A stretch of 64,000 nt of DNA from Botryllus schlosseri (taxonomy: Eukaryota): positions 9,796,001 through 9,860,000 of the forward strand of contig CM119378.1 of NCBI GenBank assembly GCA_051294905.1. Direction: 5' to 3'. The position numbers were made by a program, and so were the translations under genes. Each line of letters begins with the position of its first letter. Position 1 is the stretch's first letter. Positions 49,749-62,771 of this stretch are shown here, in pieces. The notes under the pieces were generated by a model. It had not been told where the DNA came from. It saw only the letters and a program-made list of their open reading frames with translations, and searched no databases.

Positions 49749-50068
49749 TGATGACCCGAGCGATATCTTAAACGCTACTACGTTACGTACGAGGACTTTT
49801 GACGTTGCCATCGAACTATCAAATTATCAGGATTCCGGACATTGATCAATATACGGTACGTGCTTATATTGCATTCTGAAATAAGTATCGCGACAGCCTA
49901 TAATTCCCTAGCCAATTCGTGTATTACATGTTATATATTATTATATATTGTTCGCATGTTATTATGTCTCCTTGGCTAGTAACTACACCTACCTACAGAC
50001 GTTAATTCTAACGTTGATATCCCTAACATTGTTAAGCCGTAAGAGCTTTCCCAGGTAAGATTAACGGA

Positions 50069-50566
50069 ATGAATGACGATGTGTCTAACAGCGATAACTT
50101 CTCAGATTTGATCTTTCCGGTGGTTATATGTGATTCAGCTTCACAGAGCGTGTCTAATATAAGTGATATTCAGGATCATAAATTAGATATTCCCGCTTTG
50201 CGTGATGAAGTAGTTGATACTCACGCGGATGTTGAACGTTGGTTGGCTAGTTCGCTTTCAAATGTTGATTCACTAATTAACACCAACGTCGTTCAGGACA
50301 ATTCCCTTTTTGATGGGAAATCGCAGTTGAATAAAAACGCGCGCGTCGTACCACTCAATGTTTCGACTAGATTACGCTTGCGTGTACTGTACGCGCTTCT
50401 TACTATGGCCCAATTAATTTCGGCTCAATTGTTTGATAGTGCACAGCAGAGTAACGTCGCAGACTTGCGCACTTGCGCGCAAACAGTGCGATTCAGGCCT
50501 TTCAAATTGGCTCTCAGTGTGTCGCGAACAGCATATACTCCGCGATATTTCTCCTTGTGCGGTTAA
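50069..50566 (+). CDS. Hypothetical 165-aa ORF at the gag position of the LTR element
   Basis: ATG-initiated ORF; no recognisable motif. Confidence 0.3.
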   Translation: MNDDVSNSDNFSDLIFPVVICDSASQSVSNISDIQDHKLDIPALRDEVVDTHADVERWLASSLSNVDSLINTNVVQDNSLFDGKSQLNKNARVVPLNVSTRLRLRVLYALLTMAQLISAQLFDSAQQSNVADLRTCAQTVRFRPFKLALSVSRTAYTPRYFSLCG

Positions 50567-52185
50567 TTCAAATTTAGACGTGCTCGTTTATTTTCATACA
50601 TAATTGTCTCAGATCCTCTTACAGGCTTGACAAGGTATATTATGCGAGCTAAATTTTGACATTTAGGCAAACTTATTAAATTGGTTTTGCCTTTCATATT
50701 TCTCAGCGATACAGCGCTTATCGCAGACTCAGGACGTTGTAATTAGAATTGCACGCCGTCCATTGTTAACTGCTTCTACAGGCGTACATGTTCACGCGCC
50801 TCGATACAGGAAGTGGTTTTGAATTTTCTTTCACTTCTCACGTTGGCGTGATCTTGCGTTAGTACGAATTATAAATTTTCTGCTAAACTTCGTTTATTTT
50901 TGAGGTATCCTAGAGCGCTTAGTGCGTTCACTTGGGTAGTTATAGAGAAGTTGGCTCAGTAACGCGCCATATTCGATTTCATACGACACTGGATTGACCT
51001 TGAGCGTCCAGTGGACAACTGGACATATAGGGTTTCTGCGTAATTGATTGTACATGCTTTAAAAATGGGTATACGGTTCTTTAACCTCAAATTGCGTTCA
51101 GGCTTAAGTGATTTATCTGGCTATGTTTATCGAATGAAGGACATTGTTACATGATCTTAGCAGCGCCGTTGTATGGGATTCAGCTCATTGCTCAATAATT
51201 GCTTTCCCCCCGGTTTGCTGTCAAGAATTCCCCCATTTAATGCAGTAGGACAACGTTTACCTCATGTAACAAGAATTGAGATGAAGTCACCGTGTTTGAG
51301 TTTCAGATGTTTGGTAATGGTTTTTCCTCATACCGAACCGCTGTTCAGTCGGGAACATGCGGAAGTTGAGATAGTGACTAGCTAGCACGTCTCAATGACC
51401 ACAGCGCTAGCATGCGACTTTTTATAGCGACGATTCTGCAGGTACAGAACCGATCTGATTCTCAATACGAAATCTTGTGTCCAATTTGAATACATTCGAA
51501 TGTAACGTTGCACATCTAATATAGGCTATGCGATTCAGAAATCGCTCATTCCGCTTATTGCAAATTCTGCATTATAATTATATTTAAGTTGACGCCAATG
51601 GAGTGCACCGTAATTGGTTTGTCATGGGAATTTCATCATTGATCAGAAATGCTTCCGGCAGTCTGTTATAGTACAGAAAAGCTTATTTTTTTCCTGGCGG
51701 TCATTGTCGGCTCGGCCGTTAGTTCGTTGGTCAGAATCTATCACGTCTAGCTACTTATAGATAACGGAACAGCTCATTTTGGTTCAAATATTCTAAATAT
51801 CCGTATCCCACGAAAAATGTTCAATAATTATTTTTTTTATATAATTATGGCATTCTCATTTCGCAGAACGCGTCTGTAACTCAAATTCCAATCACATTAC
51901 ATGATTGTAAAGTATATAGTTGAATCGACGCGCCACGTAGCTTACTTAGACGTTCTTAGATTGTCCAGTAAGGTGGATCCTTAGCCTGGAAGGTTTATGA
52001 TAGCATTTTATCACACTTATCTCTCCGCATGTTTTTAATTCAATACTTGCGTGGGTTGTATGCTTCTCATATCGCCAATCGTTATTACACCTATACGGCC
52101 TTAAATGCTGTTAGGTGCTGCCTTTGTTTATTTCATTTGGAATTACCGAATTACCTGCCTTACGTCACATCAACATAGGTGACCC

Positions 52186-52870
52186 GTCACGAAGTACTTC
52201 TAGATATGATCTTCTCTACTTCTACTTCTACTTCGTAATAATTTGTGATCTACTTACTTACTTTTCGCTATTCAGTTTGTCAAGTAGAAGTAGTGTGATC
52301 CTCCAATAAGGAAGATAGCCTGAGGTATTTCAGGGCTGTTTCACGGAGTACCGACTTTAATTTTCATCAAAGTCCGTGAAGCCAGGATTTTTTCGCTTCG
52401 TGCACAGGCGTTGTAATGGACAAATATGTTTTCCACGAAATGTCGGTGAATATAATTAGGTTCCGTATTGTGTTGTTCCGCTCATACGGCACTGTCGCCC
52501 ATATCAAATTTCATCACAGTAACTACGGCCATCAAACGCTAGAAACTACCGTTTTGCAATCGGGCAATTACCCTTTGTATCGTAATCTAGCAGCCCTGGA
52601 CATGTGCTAATAAGATAAGTGAACTCCAGTGTTGTTATTTTAAGTTGCACCTGTTTTAGCAGACCACCTTTGAAACTTTCTGGATAAAAGACATGAAATA
52701 TATTTTCCGCTTTAAAACGTGGTATTATGTTTCTCTTTCAATTCCGAGAATCATACTTGGTTTAAATACTCCATTTCTTTTGTCTGCAAAACATACATCT
52801 TGAAGTATACAGTCAAGTACCGGTATAGTAATTCCTTCATTTTCCGGAATAAGGATACACTATATGGTAA
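52186..52870. repeat. Diverged internal fragment of the AGTAG-rich hAT element inside the LTR element
   Basis: Reverse-complement similarity to ~45900-46660 (e.g. GGAAGATAGCCTGAG...TTTAATTTTCAT). Confidence 0.65.
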
Positions 52871-53117
52871 ATTTACGATCCAACATATTTTTGATTAACG
52901 TTGGCCTATAATAATCGCGCAAAGATTGACAGTCCATGTAAACGAATTGAGACTGTTTTCAAAACTACTAGTACTTTTACCACCTCCGCACGTCAAGTAG
53001 TTACCCTCCTTATAGCTTGTAGTTACGGGGCTTTGGAGACATTTATTTCATTGTATTTTATTGCTTGTTCTCTTGTGTCGTATTCGTGCTAAGCCTAGTT
53101 GTTAAGTCCTTTTCAAA

Positions 53118-53627
53118 GTGATGCTGGCTGTCGTGTGCTGTTTCAGATTTGCGCATGCACGTTACGAACGCATTTCTACTCGACGCGGTGCTCCTGCTTC
53201 TACTCCTACGCGTGGCAACTACTCCGATCAGAACATTGAATTACTATCGATCGATTCGGGCGAGAATACTCCTGAGGCACAATCTGACGGGTATGACTCA
53301 GATGCAAGCACTCGACGTCACACAGTCGACATCGGTACCGAGCGGCCGCTTTTACGACACGAGGAAATTGCTACCGGACCGCCGCAGTTATTAGCCGACA
53401 CGACCGACGAAGCTCAGCTCTCACTACAATCTCCGCCGGACGCCAACCGGGGTGATCAAATCGTTCCTACCTCAATGGTACATGATCGAGAGCTTAATGC
53501 CGTTCTGACCCGTCACGATTTACCAGCGGACTCGCCGAAATTGCCGCTTCCAAAGAAGAAAGTCCCAACCATAGTAAGTCCTGATGCACCGATGAATTCA
53601 GGCAATCGCCCTGCCACGGATGAGTAA
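53118..53627 (+). CDS. Hypothetical 169-aa low-complexity ORF at the env position of the LTR element
   Basis: Hydrophobic start followed by an S/T/D/P-rich tail; position suggests an env cytoplasmic-tail remnant (inference). Confidence 0.3.
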   Translation: MMLAVVCCFRFAHARYERISTRRGAPASTPTRGNYSDQNIELLSIDSGENTPEAQSDGYDSDASTRRHTVDIGTERPLLRHEEIATGPPQLLADTTDEAQLSLQSPPDANRGDQIVPTSMVHDRELNAVLTRHDLPADSPKLPLPKKKVPTIVSPDAPMNSGNRPATDE

Positions 53628-54196
53628 AGCGGAAGAGCACCGCGCGCGCGCGTTGATTGAGATAGCCGTCGATTCTATCCAATCAAAATTGTACTTGCGA
53701 TGTACAATTGTTTTTTTTTGTAACGGCCACATTGTATATATGGGTGGCCATGGACTGTTGTTTAAAGTTGGATAGCCTTCCAGACTTGGCTGGTGTATTG
53801 CACTTGAGCAAGCCTACTGGGATGTATTGTGTATTTGTTTTTTGTGTTAGGCTACCTATTCTAGTGTATTACTTCGGATAGTGTAGTGTTGAATAACAAT
53901 TCTTGCTCTGGTTATCTGGAGTTGTGTTGTATTGTATAGGCTAAATGTAGTTAGTTGTTAGGTCACTATTACTTATTCTAGTGTATTAATCTGGAATTGT
54001 GTTGTGAGCTGCTAGGCTAACTTGTATATTATAAAAGCTGTAGAAAACCTTGTTCATCTCTCGTGTGGTATTAGTGTTGCTAAGTTGATTTAATTAGTGG
54101 AATTGTCTTGGCTAAATGTATTACTGTTGTCTACACCTATACGTATGATAGTTACTTCCGCTTCATTGCATGTTCGCTCCCTCAAACAAGGGTCGG

Positions 54197-54774
54197 TGCC
54201 GCGGTGTATAGGGTTATGACAACAGTGTATTTCACACCCATATAGCATATGACGTTGACTTCCTATTGGAATTATGTCGAGTGTCTATAAGCTCGTGTAA
54301 GAGCTGGTAACTGACAACCTCCAAACCTTCATGAACCTAAAAACCACAAGCAGATATCATTCGATCTGGCTCTCATTCGATCAGAGGCAACCGCTGTCAA
54401 ACTGGCAGAGTGTTGCAAGTTATACCGCTGATACAGCTATGAGACAGATGTGATACACCTGTTGCGGGATTATATGATAATATCCAACATTGTGTATTTC
54501 ACGCCATATTAGGAAACGAATAAGACTTCCGATTGCAATGATCATGAGCCTATATAAGCGCATGTTTAGTTGACTCGAGACGAGATTCATTTGCTAAACC
54601 TACTTGGAACAACGTCTGAAATATATTCGTATGTCTTGCGTCTATTTGCGTCTTAAGAAGATCTCACCAGGATACAGTACAGGACTGCAGGTTAAGTAGT
54701 CAGCCAGCTAACCCTATAATACTTTGGTTAGCTATACTTCTACTCACCAGGACACAACCCATTGTATAGCGACA
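54197..54774 (+). repeat. 3' LTR
   Basis: Direct repeat of 49171-49748. Confidence 0.95.
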
Positions 54775-55937
54775 ATGCCCATAAAACGTAGAATACTTAT
54801 GCAAAGAATTTATTCTTTTTGATGCGTGAGCGTGAGGCTTGGGTCGCTAGATGCCATTAAAACTCATGCAGACTTGGGTCGTGGGGCAGTGCCCTATAGT
54901 GCAAGCCCTAGATTGAAGCTTCCCAGAGATCTCCAACGGTGTTTTCTGGATAAAATATCGGACAAATCTTATCATGAGACCATATCCTGAGCGTACAATA
55001 GTTACTCTTATTTGAATAGCTTCTTGGATGTACAGAACTTCAATATACTATTCAATAGTTACTCTTACTAATCAATTAATGATTCGCTCCGAATGCCCTG
55101 TCCTATAATAGCTTTAACGATATAACATGTCGTATTGATACTGATAACAGCATTACCGGAATATCATTGCCATACAACGTGCAGCGCTATATGTATATTC
55201 AATATTCACGGTCGGTTTTTCTGATGAAGAAAGATACTTCCGCGCCTTTGTGTGGAAACAGATGCGGTAGATCCCAATATTTTCAGTTGCTTGTTGTGAG
55301 CTGTAGGCTACCCTATCATCCAAAGTAGCCCATGTATCCTAACAAATTTTAATTCATAACGTGAACAAAGTAGGAAAGTTAAATTCATTTGAAAACACGC
55401 AAGAAAATCAAAAAGAAATGCCACTTTGCAAATTATTGTTACGAAATAACTCTAGAGGCTCCCACTTCGCCATCGGATGTTACGCTAGTCTGGTATCTAT
55501 ACTTACGGTTGCTGTTTACTCAAGTATTGCAACCTAGCCTTCGGAGTACATCTAGCTAGGCAATCGCTTAGAACAAGTATTAAAATAGAGTACTTTTTAG
55601 TCGTTGTCTATTCGAAATAGTAAGTTTGCGACTCCGCGCGCCAAAGTCCCTTTTATAACTATATGTGACATTAGAAACAGCTGGAACCAGTCATTTCTTG
55701 TTATCATTTGAATTATTCCTGGCTCCTGATATGCTTCTAAAGTATGGTTTGCATCATCGGAGTATAGTTATTAGCAATGGAAGTCCAGCGGAATTTGAAG
55801 CAGTACATCTATACTGCATGCTATTTGAGTAAAGAACACTTCTTGTACCACCTCGGCATATAAAATACTGATGATTGGCGATGGTAACCATGCAAGTACA
55901 AAAATAGAAACTGGCAGGATATTATAAAAATTACGAT

Positions 55938-58900
55938 CTAGCGAAAGCATAAACACGATCCGGTCCGGTTTTCGTATTCATCATCTTCGAGTCCGGACAC
56001 GCTTTTTCTGCTAAACACGCTAATCACGGAGTCGAATCTGCTGCGCGCAGAAGACATCGAGCCGCGCACCGGACCCTTCGCTCGGTTTCGAATGACTTCC
56101 AGGGTCAAGTGCTCGAACATTCGTCTCACTCTGTCCACGCTGTTGTTCGATATCTCCGCGTAGCCGACGCATTCCTCCCAAGTTCCGATGACAGCTTCGA
56201 CGTGGCCGGCGGAGACTTCGGACAAATGCGTCCGCGACAAAATGTCGACCGCGAACGAAACTTGCGCTTGCAAGGGAATTCGTTTTCGGTGCTTTCGCGA
56301 ATTCGACGCGTCGTCAGGAGGATTTGATGACTCATTTGGATTGCGACATCTGCCCGATTCAGTTAAATCCTGATGAAGTGAAGTTGAAGTGAAATACATG
56401 CATTATATGTATCTAATATATTTTACTCAATTACAAGTAGAAATAGCGATTTCTAAGACGTATCGAAACTTTTTTAAAAAGAAGTTTAAAATATTGGATT
56501 CGGTCGAGGGGTCGCATACCTTTAACATTCAGTCGGATGTGGCTATACTATAACAAAATTGCGGGTGACCCCCTTTCCGGATTCCAAAATATGGTAGCCT
56601 AACCCTAGAGCAGAGGTCTCAAACACGCGGCCCGCGGGCCGCATGCGGCCCGCCAGAGCATTAAGTGCGGCCCACGACGACATTTTAGATTTTTATTAAT
56701 TTGACAATATGTAAGTGTCACATATATCTTTTCAGGTTATAAAGTGAAAATGCCCTCTTAAATTACTCCGAAAGCCTCAAACTATTCATCAAACTTCACT
56801 ATCACATCAATTGCAAACGCTAGCATGGAATGGAAGATTCACTATTTCGCAACATTTCCAATTCATAATGACAAATCCTGACCCTTAGACGGAAATTTGT
56901 GAGTTGGACGCGACCCTTCCTAAATTACTTAGACTCGGGCCAACTCGATGGCAAAATGAAAATGACTCGAGTGGACTTGGAGTGACTCGGAATGCCCTGA
57001 ATTTGTTAGAACCAAGGACGCAACAAACTAATCGCGTATCAGGGGAATAGTAATAGATCAGAAGTTCGCAGCTTCGTATTTCGCTAACTAAGCAAGTTGT
57101 TATGGCAACCATTGGCAATCTGTTAGTTACATCTTTTCGTCGCTAAACCATGTTATTAGGGCCACTTAAAGGTATCGAGTACCGCAGTGGGACGCCCCAA
57201 CGATGTAACAGCAATGGGCCGTTCGGCGTTCCGTCATTTCAATCACTAGGACACATTCATTAATATATTCATATTGTATTTATATTTTTTCTGCTCTAAT
57301 ATCTGAAGATATTTGGCGATGAGATTAATAGCCTACTTATCAGAAGTATACCCGAATCATAGATTGGAATTACAATGCTCAACTTGAAAATGTTTTGATA
57401 TCAGATCACTCTCTATTATCAATCTGTTAAATTCAAAATATCCATAGTAGCTGAAAAATAATAACGCGATAGCTTTTATGATGGCATCATACATTTGTCC
57501 GCCATATGGTTTCCATATCTTATAATTGATATATATCAAGTACGACAACAATTCTATTCGAATAGTTATAAATGTGATGATTCTATTCGTGCCAGGCCTA
57601 AATTGATACAAGAGTAAATCAAATTTTGACGATGTGTGTTTACTGTCAGTCTGCTGGATCGGCTCATTTTCAATAGGAATTCATTCCCGCAAAAGGCCTA
57701 CTTGGAAAGACATAGAATAGCCCTATAAATGCTGCGGCCCGCGGCGTCGTCAAAACTGGAAAACTGGCCCGCGAGCACATTTGAGTTTGAGACCTCTGCC
57801 CTAGAGTATAGGCTAATCTAAGTAGACAAAAACTACTTGAATTCGCCACTTCGTTACTGACCACCTATGCTGGCTACGTCACTGACTGTACACAATGTAC
57901 AGCCACATACTGAGATTGACAAGCGGTGAAATTGAATCAAAACAATCCTTACCAAATGTGTACCAACCACTGCGATGAAAGGAAGCGCGTTGGAAGCGCA
58001 AATGCAATTCGATCTCGGCCCTTTACTTCCAGAACATTTCCTTCCCGGCTCCCCATTCTGCCGTTTTGACTTGGTTCCCTCGTTATAGGTGCAATCGCAA
58101 CCTCTGGCCAATCGAATCTCGTTTCGTATTTTGATCAAGGCGTCGAAGGACCGTCGGTCGCGTACGTTGTAAACGAGCACAAACGCATCGGCCGTTGCTA
58201 ACACATTCGCGTGTATTCCTGATGACGCGTTTGGTTGCCGGTATATGAAAGATGGAACTGAGTTCCTGGAATTGATATTAAAGTTATGCATTGTCAATGA
58301 TGCATATTATATCGTAGCTCTATATGCAGTATAATTTTACTTTGTAAATACGTGGGTGCATTAGCTAGATACGTGCATTAGCTAGATTTCCCACAATAGG
58401 GCCAGTAGCAGTCAGCACTTTGTAGTAACATTTGCTTTCACACTCATTGCAATGTGTGAAAAATAGTTAAACACCCCAATTCATATGGAGATACATCGCA
58501 GAGGCGGATTATGGTTACGTATATCACCATTTTGCTGCTGCTTGGGCTGGGGTGAATGGGCGTGAAAGCATAATTTTGTACCGAAAAGTGCCGTTTACCT
58601 CAATTATAACCTAGGGTGTGAATCAGGAAAATACACGATGTTCGTTTACAGTGCAGGATGTGTGTCACTTACATTTGGTTATGGGAGTCCTGAAGTACAT
58701 GTAAGTATCTTTTCCGAACTTTCGCGTCCGAGTTGTTCACCGGAGGCCTTCTTCTTGGTGTTAATTTCTTTGCCAATCTCTCCCGTAAGGATTTCCGTGA
58801 ATTGTACGTCGGTTTGTAGCTAACCGTAGAATGCATATTCAGTATCAAAATCCGTCATCAATCATTATGCCACCCCGATGACAATAATGACATCAAATTG

Positions 58901-61900
58901 AAATAAGTGACATAGTTTCAGCTTGACCCATGACCCGAATTGAATGCGATCACAAATACGCTCGCAATCGCTAAGCGCAGGGTTGGGAAAGACGATTTAG
59001 CTCAAAAGTTGCATTTAGAATATGAATCTTATCCTGAATATATAGGAACCGAAGAAATGTACTATATGTATTGTCTGGGATATCTAGAACTAGTGTGTAT
59101 TGTATTATAAAATCATTAAGAAGTCTATACTTTATCTTTAAGAAGATGAAATATACCAAGAAAAAGTTCAACCAAGTCGCTGTTGTAATTTTTCGCGAAT
59201 TTAATTATATTTCAAATTGAGCCAATATTTATTGAAACTTTTCCAGCCACAGGCAGCCCGCGTACCGTAGTTCGCCCTATACCACAGGCTTAACGGAAAT
59301 GGCTAACGACGTAGGTTTTATCTATTGCGTAACACTATAACGTTGCGCTGCAATAGGCGTTTTAACAAACCCGGATCCTTTTCCAAGGACAATATATATA
59401 GCTATTTACTTCAATACCTCAGAAATCTCCCTTGTATTTGTAACTTTGAAAACATGACGGTTATCAATTTTTATTTAGGTATAGGTCCAGAGCGTTAGTA
59501 CTATTATGTATGTCAGAAAAGTCACGATTTACGTTAGCCTGTCATATGGTATGTGTATTGGTTAATTTGCATTTAACGATCCCGATCCGGTCCATGTTTT
59601 TGATTCTAACCTTTGGCTCTTGTGAATGTGCAGACGTATTTCTTACTAAATGGAAATACCAATAGGACGGTACACGTTTTGGAGATGAGTAATCATTTGT
59701 AACTGCTTGTAAACGAAGTCGGCCTAAGAAGACAACTCAATATTATACAATCCTTGCATGCCGATGTCTGATGGAAATAAACGATGACTCATTTCCTGTT
59801 ATTTGAATTATTATATTACATTGTAAGCAATATGTAGCATTCAGTCTCTACAACAGATCTGCAGACGAATAAATCATAATTATCAATATCCTGCACTGCC
59901 TTAAAAAATGATTGACTTGCGATTCGTTCAATTACGGAGCGCGGTTGTAACTGTCCTATAGTGCCCTGGTAAGCTAAGATGGCAATGCCTTGAAAAAACA
60001 TTAGTTACCTGGCAGTATCGGTGATTTTTAGTGTTGCGGTCATCTCTTGCGCTACCGAAAAACGATTATTGTTACATTTGCTTTTTCTTTTCGACTCCGA
60101 TGCCCTTCTCTCGTCAGTGCTGCTTTCATTCTGCATTTTACAAATATATTAGAAATATTACCACATACATCTACAGGACATATTAGAATTTGCATTGACA
60201 TTGCTACAACTTGTTTGTGTAAGTTTTAATGTCACGGCTGTCCTAAACCATACGTTTTGGGACATTATTGTGTCGCTGAAAATATAAATAATATTTTTTT
60301 TGTCAGAATGTGATGCCATTGTTGATTTTGGGAGGTAATTATAAATCTGACGAAGAGGGTTCTTACATATTAGTAATTACCGTAAGTATATATCGCTTTC
60401 TAGAAAAATGAAGACTCCAATGAGTTTCGATGCCATGACCGATAGGGAGTCATCAAATGCTGAGTAATATCGCGTATCTGACAATACTGCATACTTCTAT
60501 ATAATCACGTGACAGCCGAGATGCAAGTGATAGTACAAACAAGTCGATGCCACCTCGTGATATGCAATGACATTTGACAAGATTTATCAAATTCTTGACT
60601 AAGTAGGCTATCTAAGTGTTGTAGGCCCTGTTGGTGCACAATGTGCACATGCACATCAATATCGCAAGAGGCCTATCAACACAGTGGATGTGGCGGTATC
60701 GAACGTAACGTAACGTGCCCTTCAACCTTTTAACGTTTACTCAAAACTCGTACACCTCTGACCACATAATACACCGATTCCATAGTAAGCCTAATACAGG
60801 GGTGTTCATTGATCAACCTTTTTGCTTTACACGGCCCCATTTCGATTACTATATACGGCCGCATTCCGGCAGAAAGTCATGGTTCATCTGGATGACAAAT
60901 ACTCAAGTTAAATATAGTACCGGGAACTTCGCACCTCGGAGAGACCTTGTGGTGTTCTGTACCGTCACTGTTTTCATTGAGATATTACCATGCGTATAAA
61001 AGTTTCTAATTGTGGAAGCAGAACGCGCTCACAAGCTTACTATATTTACACCCAAATCGTCAGTATAAATGTAACGAATAGTTTTCGGGATCCAGCTTCT
61101 AATCGCGCGGAGCGCGTACATTTTCTCAACCTCGTCAATGAATTTCGTCGATAATATTGGTAGTTTCATATATTACTGTCAGATATTTATCAATTTTCGG
61201 TCCACGTGATAAGATTAATCGGTAAAGCTCAAAGAGGGGTGTTTTCGAATATTTTGGGCAGACAATTAATGATGATTTAACTTCCGGTTTCTATTATTTA
61301 CTATTTGCAGGATTGTCGGTATAGTCAAAATTTATCATAAATCGCCCAAATGTACCAGGAAAACCTTCATTCGTGAAACGTACACGATTCCAACGTGGCA
61401 TTTTTTATGGGGCGCATCATTCTCCTCTCCGGTGATTATTTTTGTTTTACGGCTGCATATGCGGCCTTGCGTCCGCAGGTTGGCCAGCCCTAGCCTAATC
61501 GAAGTAATGATGAGCAAGCCTGCAACCTATAGGAAATTCTAAATATTAATCAGGGCTCGAGGTTACCGGATCACCATTTAACACAGTGACTCTCAAACTC
61601 GACCGCATAGCTATATGCCCCTTCAAATATGTGCACTGCGCTATTTATAAGCATCTCGCATAGCAACTAAACCAGTTCACAATGTCTGAACTATCATGGA
61701 GGTTTCCTCAAGAATCATTACAGACAGATATCACACGCTGGCACATGTTAACTCTACCCTGTTATACTCCAAAAGGAACCAATAATTCCATTACCAACGG
61801 GTGAATGATGAGGAAAAACGTTTACTTATGACTTCACAAAATGAATGTAATTTACAAGCTTTGTACAGTCAATATGAACAATTGAACATTGTACGATATT

Positions 61901-62611
61901 GCACATCCGGTCAACCTGTTTTGAAGCATAAATTGTGGTAGCTAGTCATCGGTCCATTGTAATGCGTATCAGGTACACCCCAGTACACCCCATCCGAGTG
62001 GTACAACCTCTGAAAATTATGGTACATCCTATAGGGTGTACGATACACCCGGTTGAAGATCCCGGACGTAGGCTATAAGTTGAATTGCAAAAAAACGGGG
62101 GGAGGGCAATGATTGGTCACTGATAACAGCGTACTGATGGATCCGCCGAAGCCAGTTATATCTATAGGACTACTAGACGTCCCTGACCAAAGCAGATTCC
62201 TTCGTTAGATTCTGGCTATCAAAATGTGCGTGAGATTCCAGGTCTGGCATTGATGCCATACTTTGACAGGGTCCCCGACTCGGCATAGTCTGAACTGGAA
62301 AAACCTGTGGCGCAACCGTCATCGTCAACCGTGAATTATTACGATTCATTGGGCGATATGGTTGCCTGATGCCTATAGATGGCCCGCGTTTCATTGGTGA
62401 CATTTAATACGCTGTAACAATGGTCTCGTCGCATCATTTTGATACAGATGTAGTATTCACCTGGGCACGTAGCATACACGCGTCAGTTTTCCACAGGCAT
62501 TCTGCCCCGTTTTCCTGCTGGCGTCTCCTCAAGTCTGTACCGATAGAGCATGTATCGTTGAAATGCAGTTTTTTGAAAAAAGATGTCTCGATCGTTGGTT
62601 GACAGCTGTCC
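55938..62611 (-). CDS. Atypical Ras-superfamily small-GTPase-like gene, 5' end (P-loop exon) not found in the window
   Basis: Phase-consistent exons 60130-60009, 58819-58673, 58265-57953, 56369-55938; probable upstream exon 62611-62461 (QPTIETSFFKKL). Motifs LKITDTA, ADAFVLVYNVRDRRSF, IAVVGTHLD, YAEIS. Exons between 60130 and 62461 are unresolved. Confidence 0.65.
56611..57798. mobile_element. hAT (Charlie-like) MITE in the last intron of the Ras-like gene
   Basis: TIRs CAGAGGTCTCAAAC / GTTTGAGACCTCTG; GGCCCGC subterminal repeats; perfect 8-bp TSD CCCTAGAG. Confidence 0.92.
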
Positions 62612-62771
62612 CTACAAGAGAAACAAGTATCTGCTGACCAATTTCGATGCGAAATTGCAAGACGTTGTAATTTATGTGGTGATTATCTAAAACTGAAGTG
62701 CTTGTCTATGCGTAAACACTGCCGGTACTATATATGGGACATGAATATTAGTTCAGGTCGCGGATAATTAT

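Larger units (their letters stand above)
49171..54774 (+). mobile_element. Non-autonomous LTR retroelement, 5,604 bp (Gypsy-like 4-bp TSD)
   Basis: Two 578-bp LTRs (TG...CA); TSD ATGC; PBS-like TGATGACCCGAG after LTR1; purine-rich AAACAAGGGTCGG before LTR2; no RT, RNase H or integrase motifs found. Confidence 0.88.

Noticed and set aside
58673-58819. A second Ras domain suggested by YKPT and LHVLQD
   Set aside because: In the phase-consistent model this exon follows the real G3-like strand (LKITDTA) and reads as a loop insertion; no second set of G4/G5 motifs was found.
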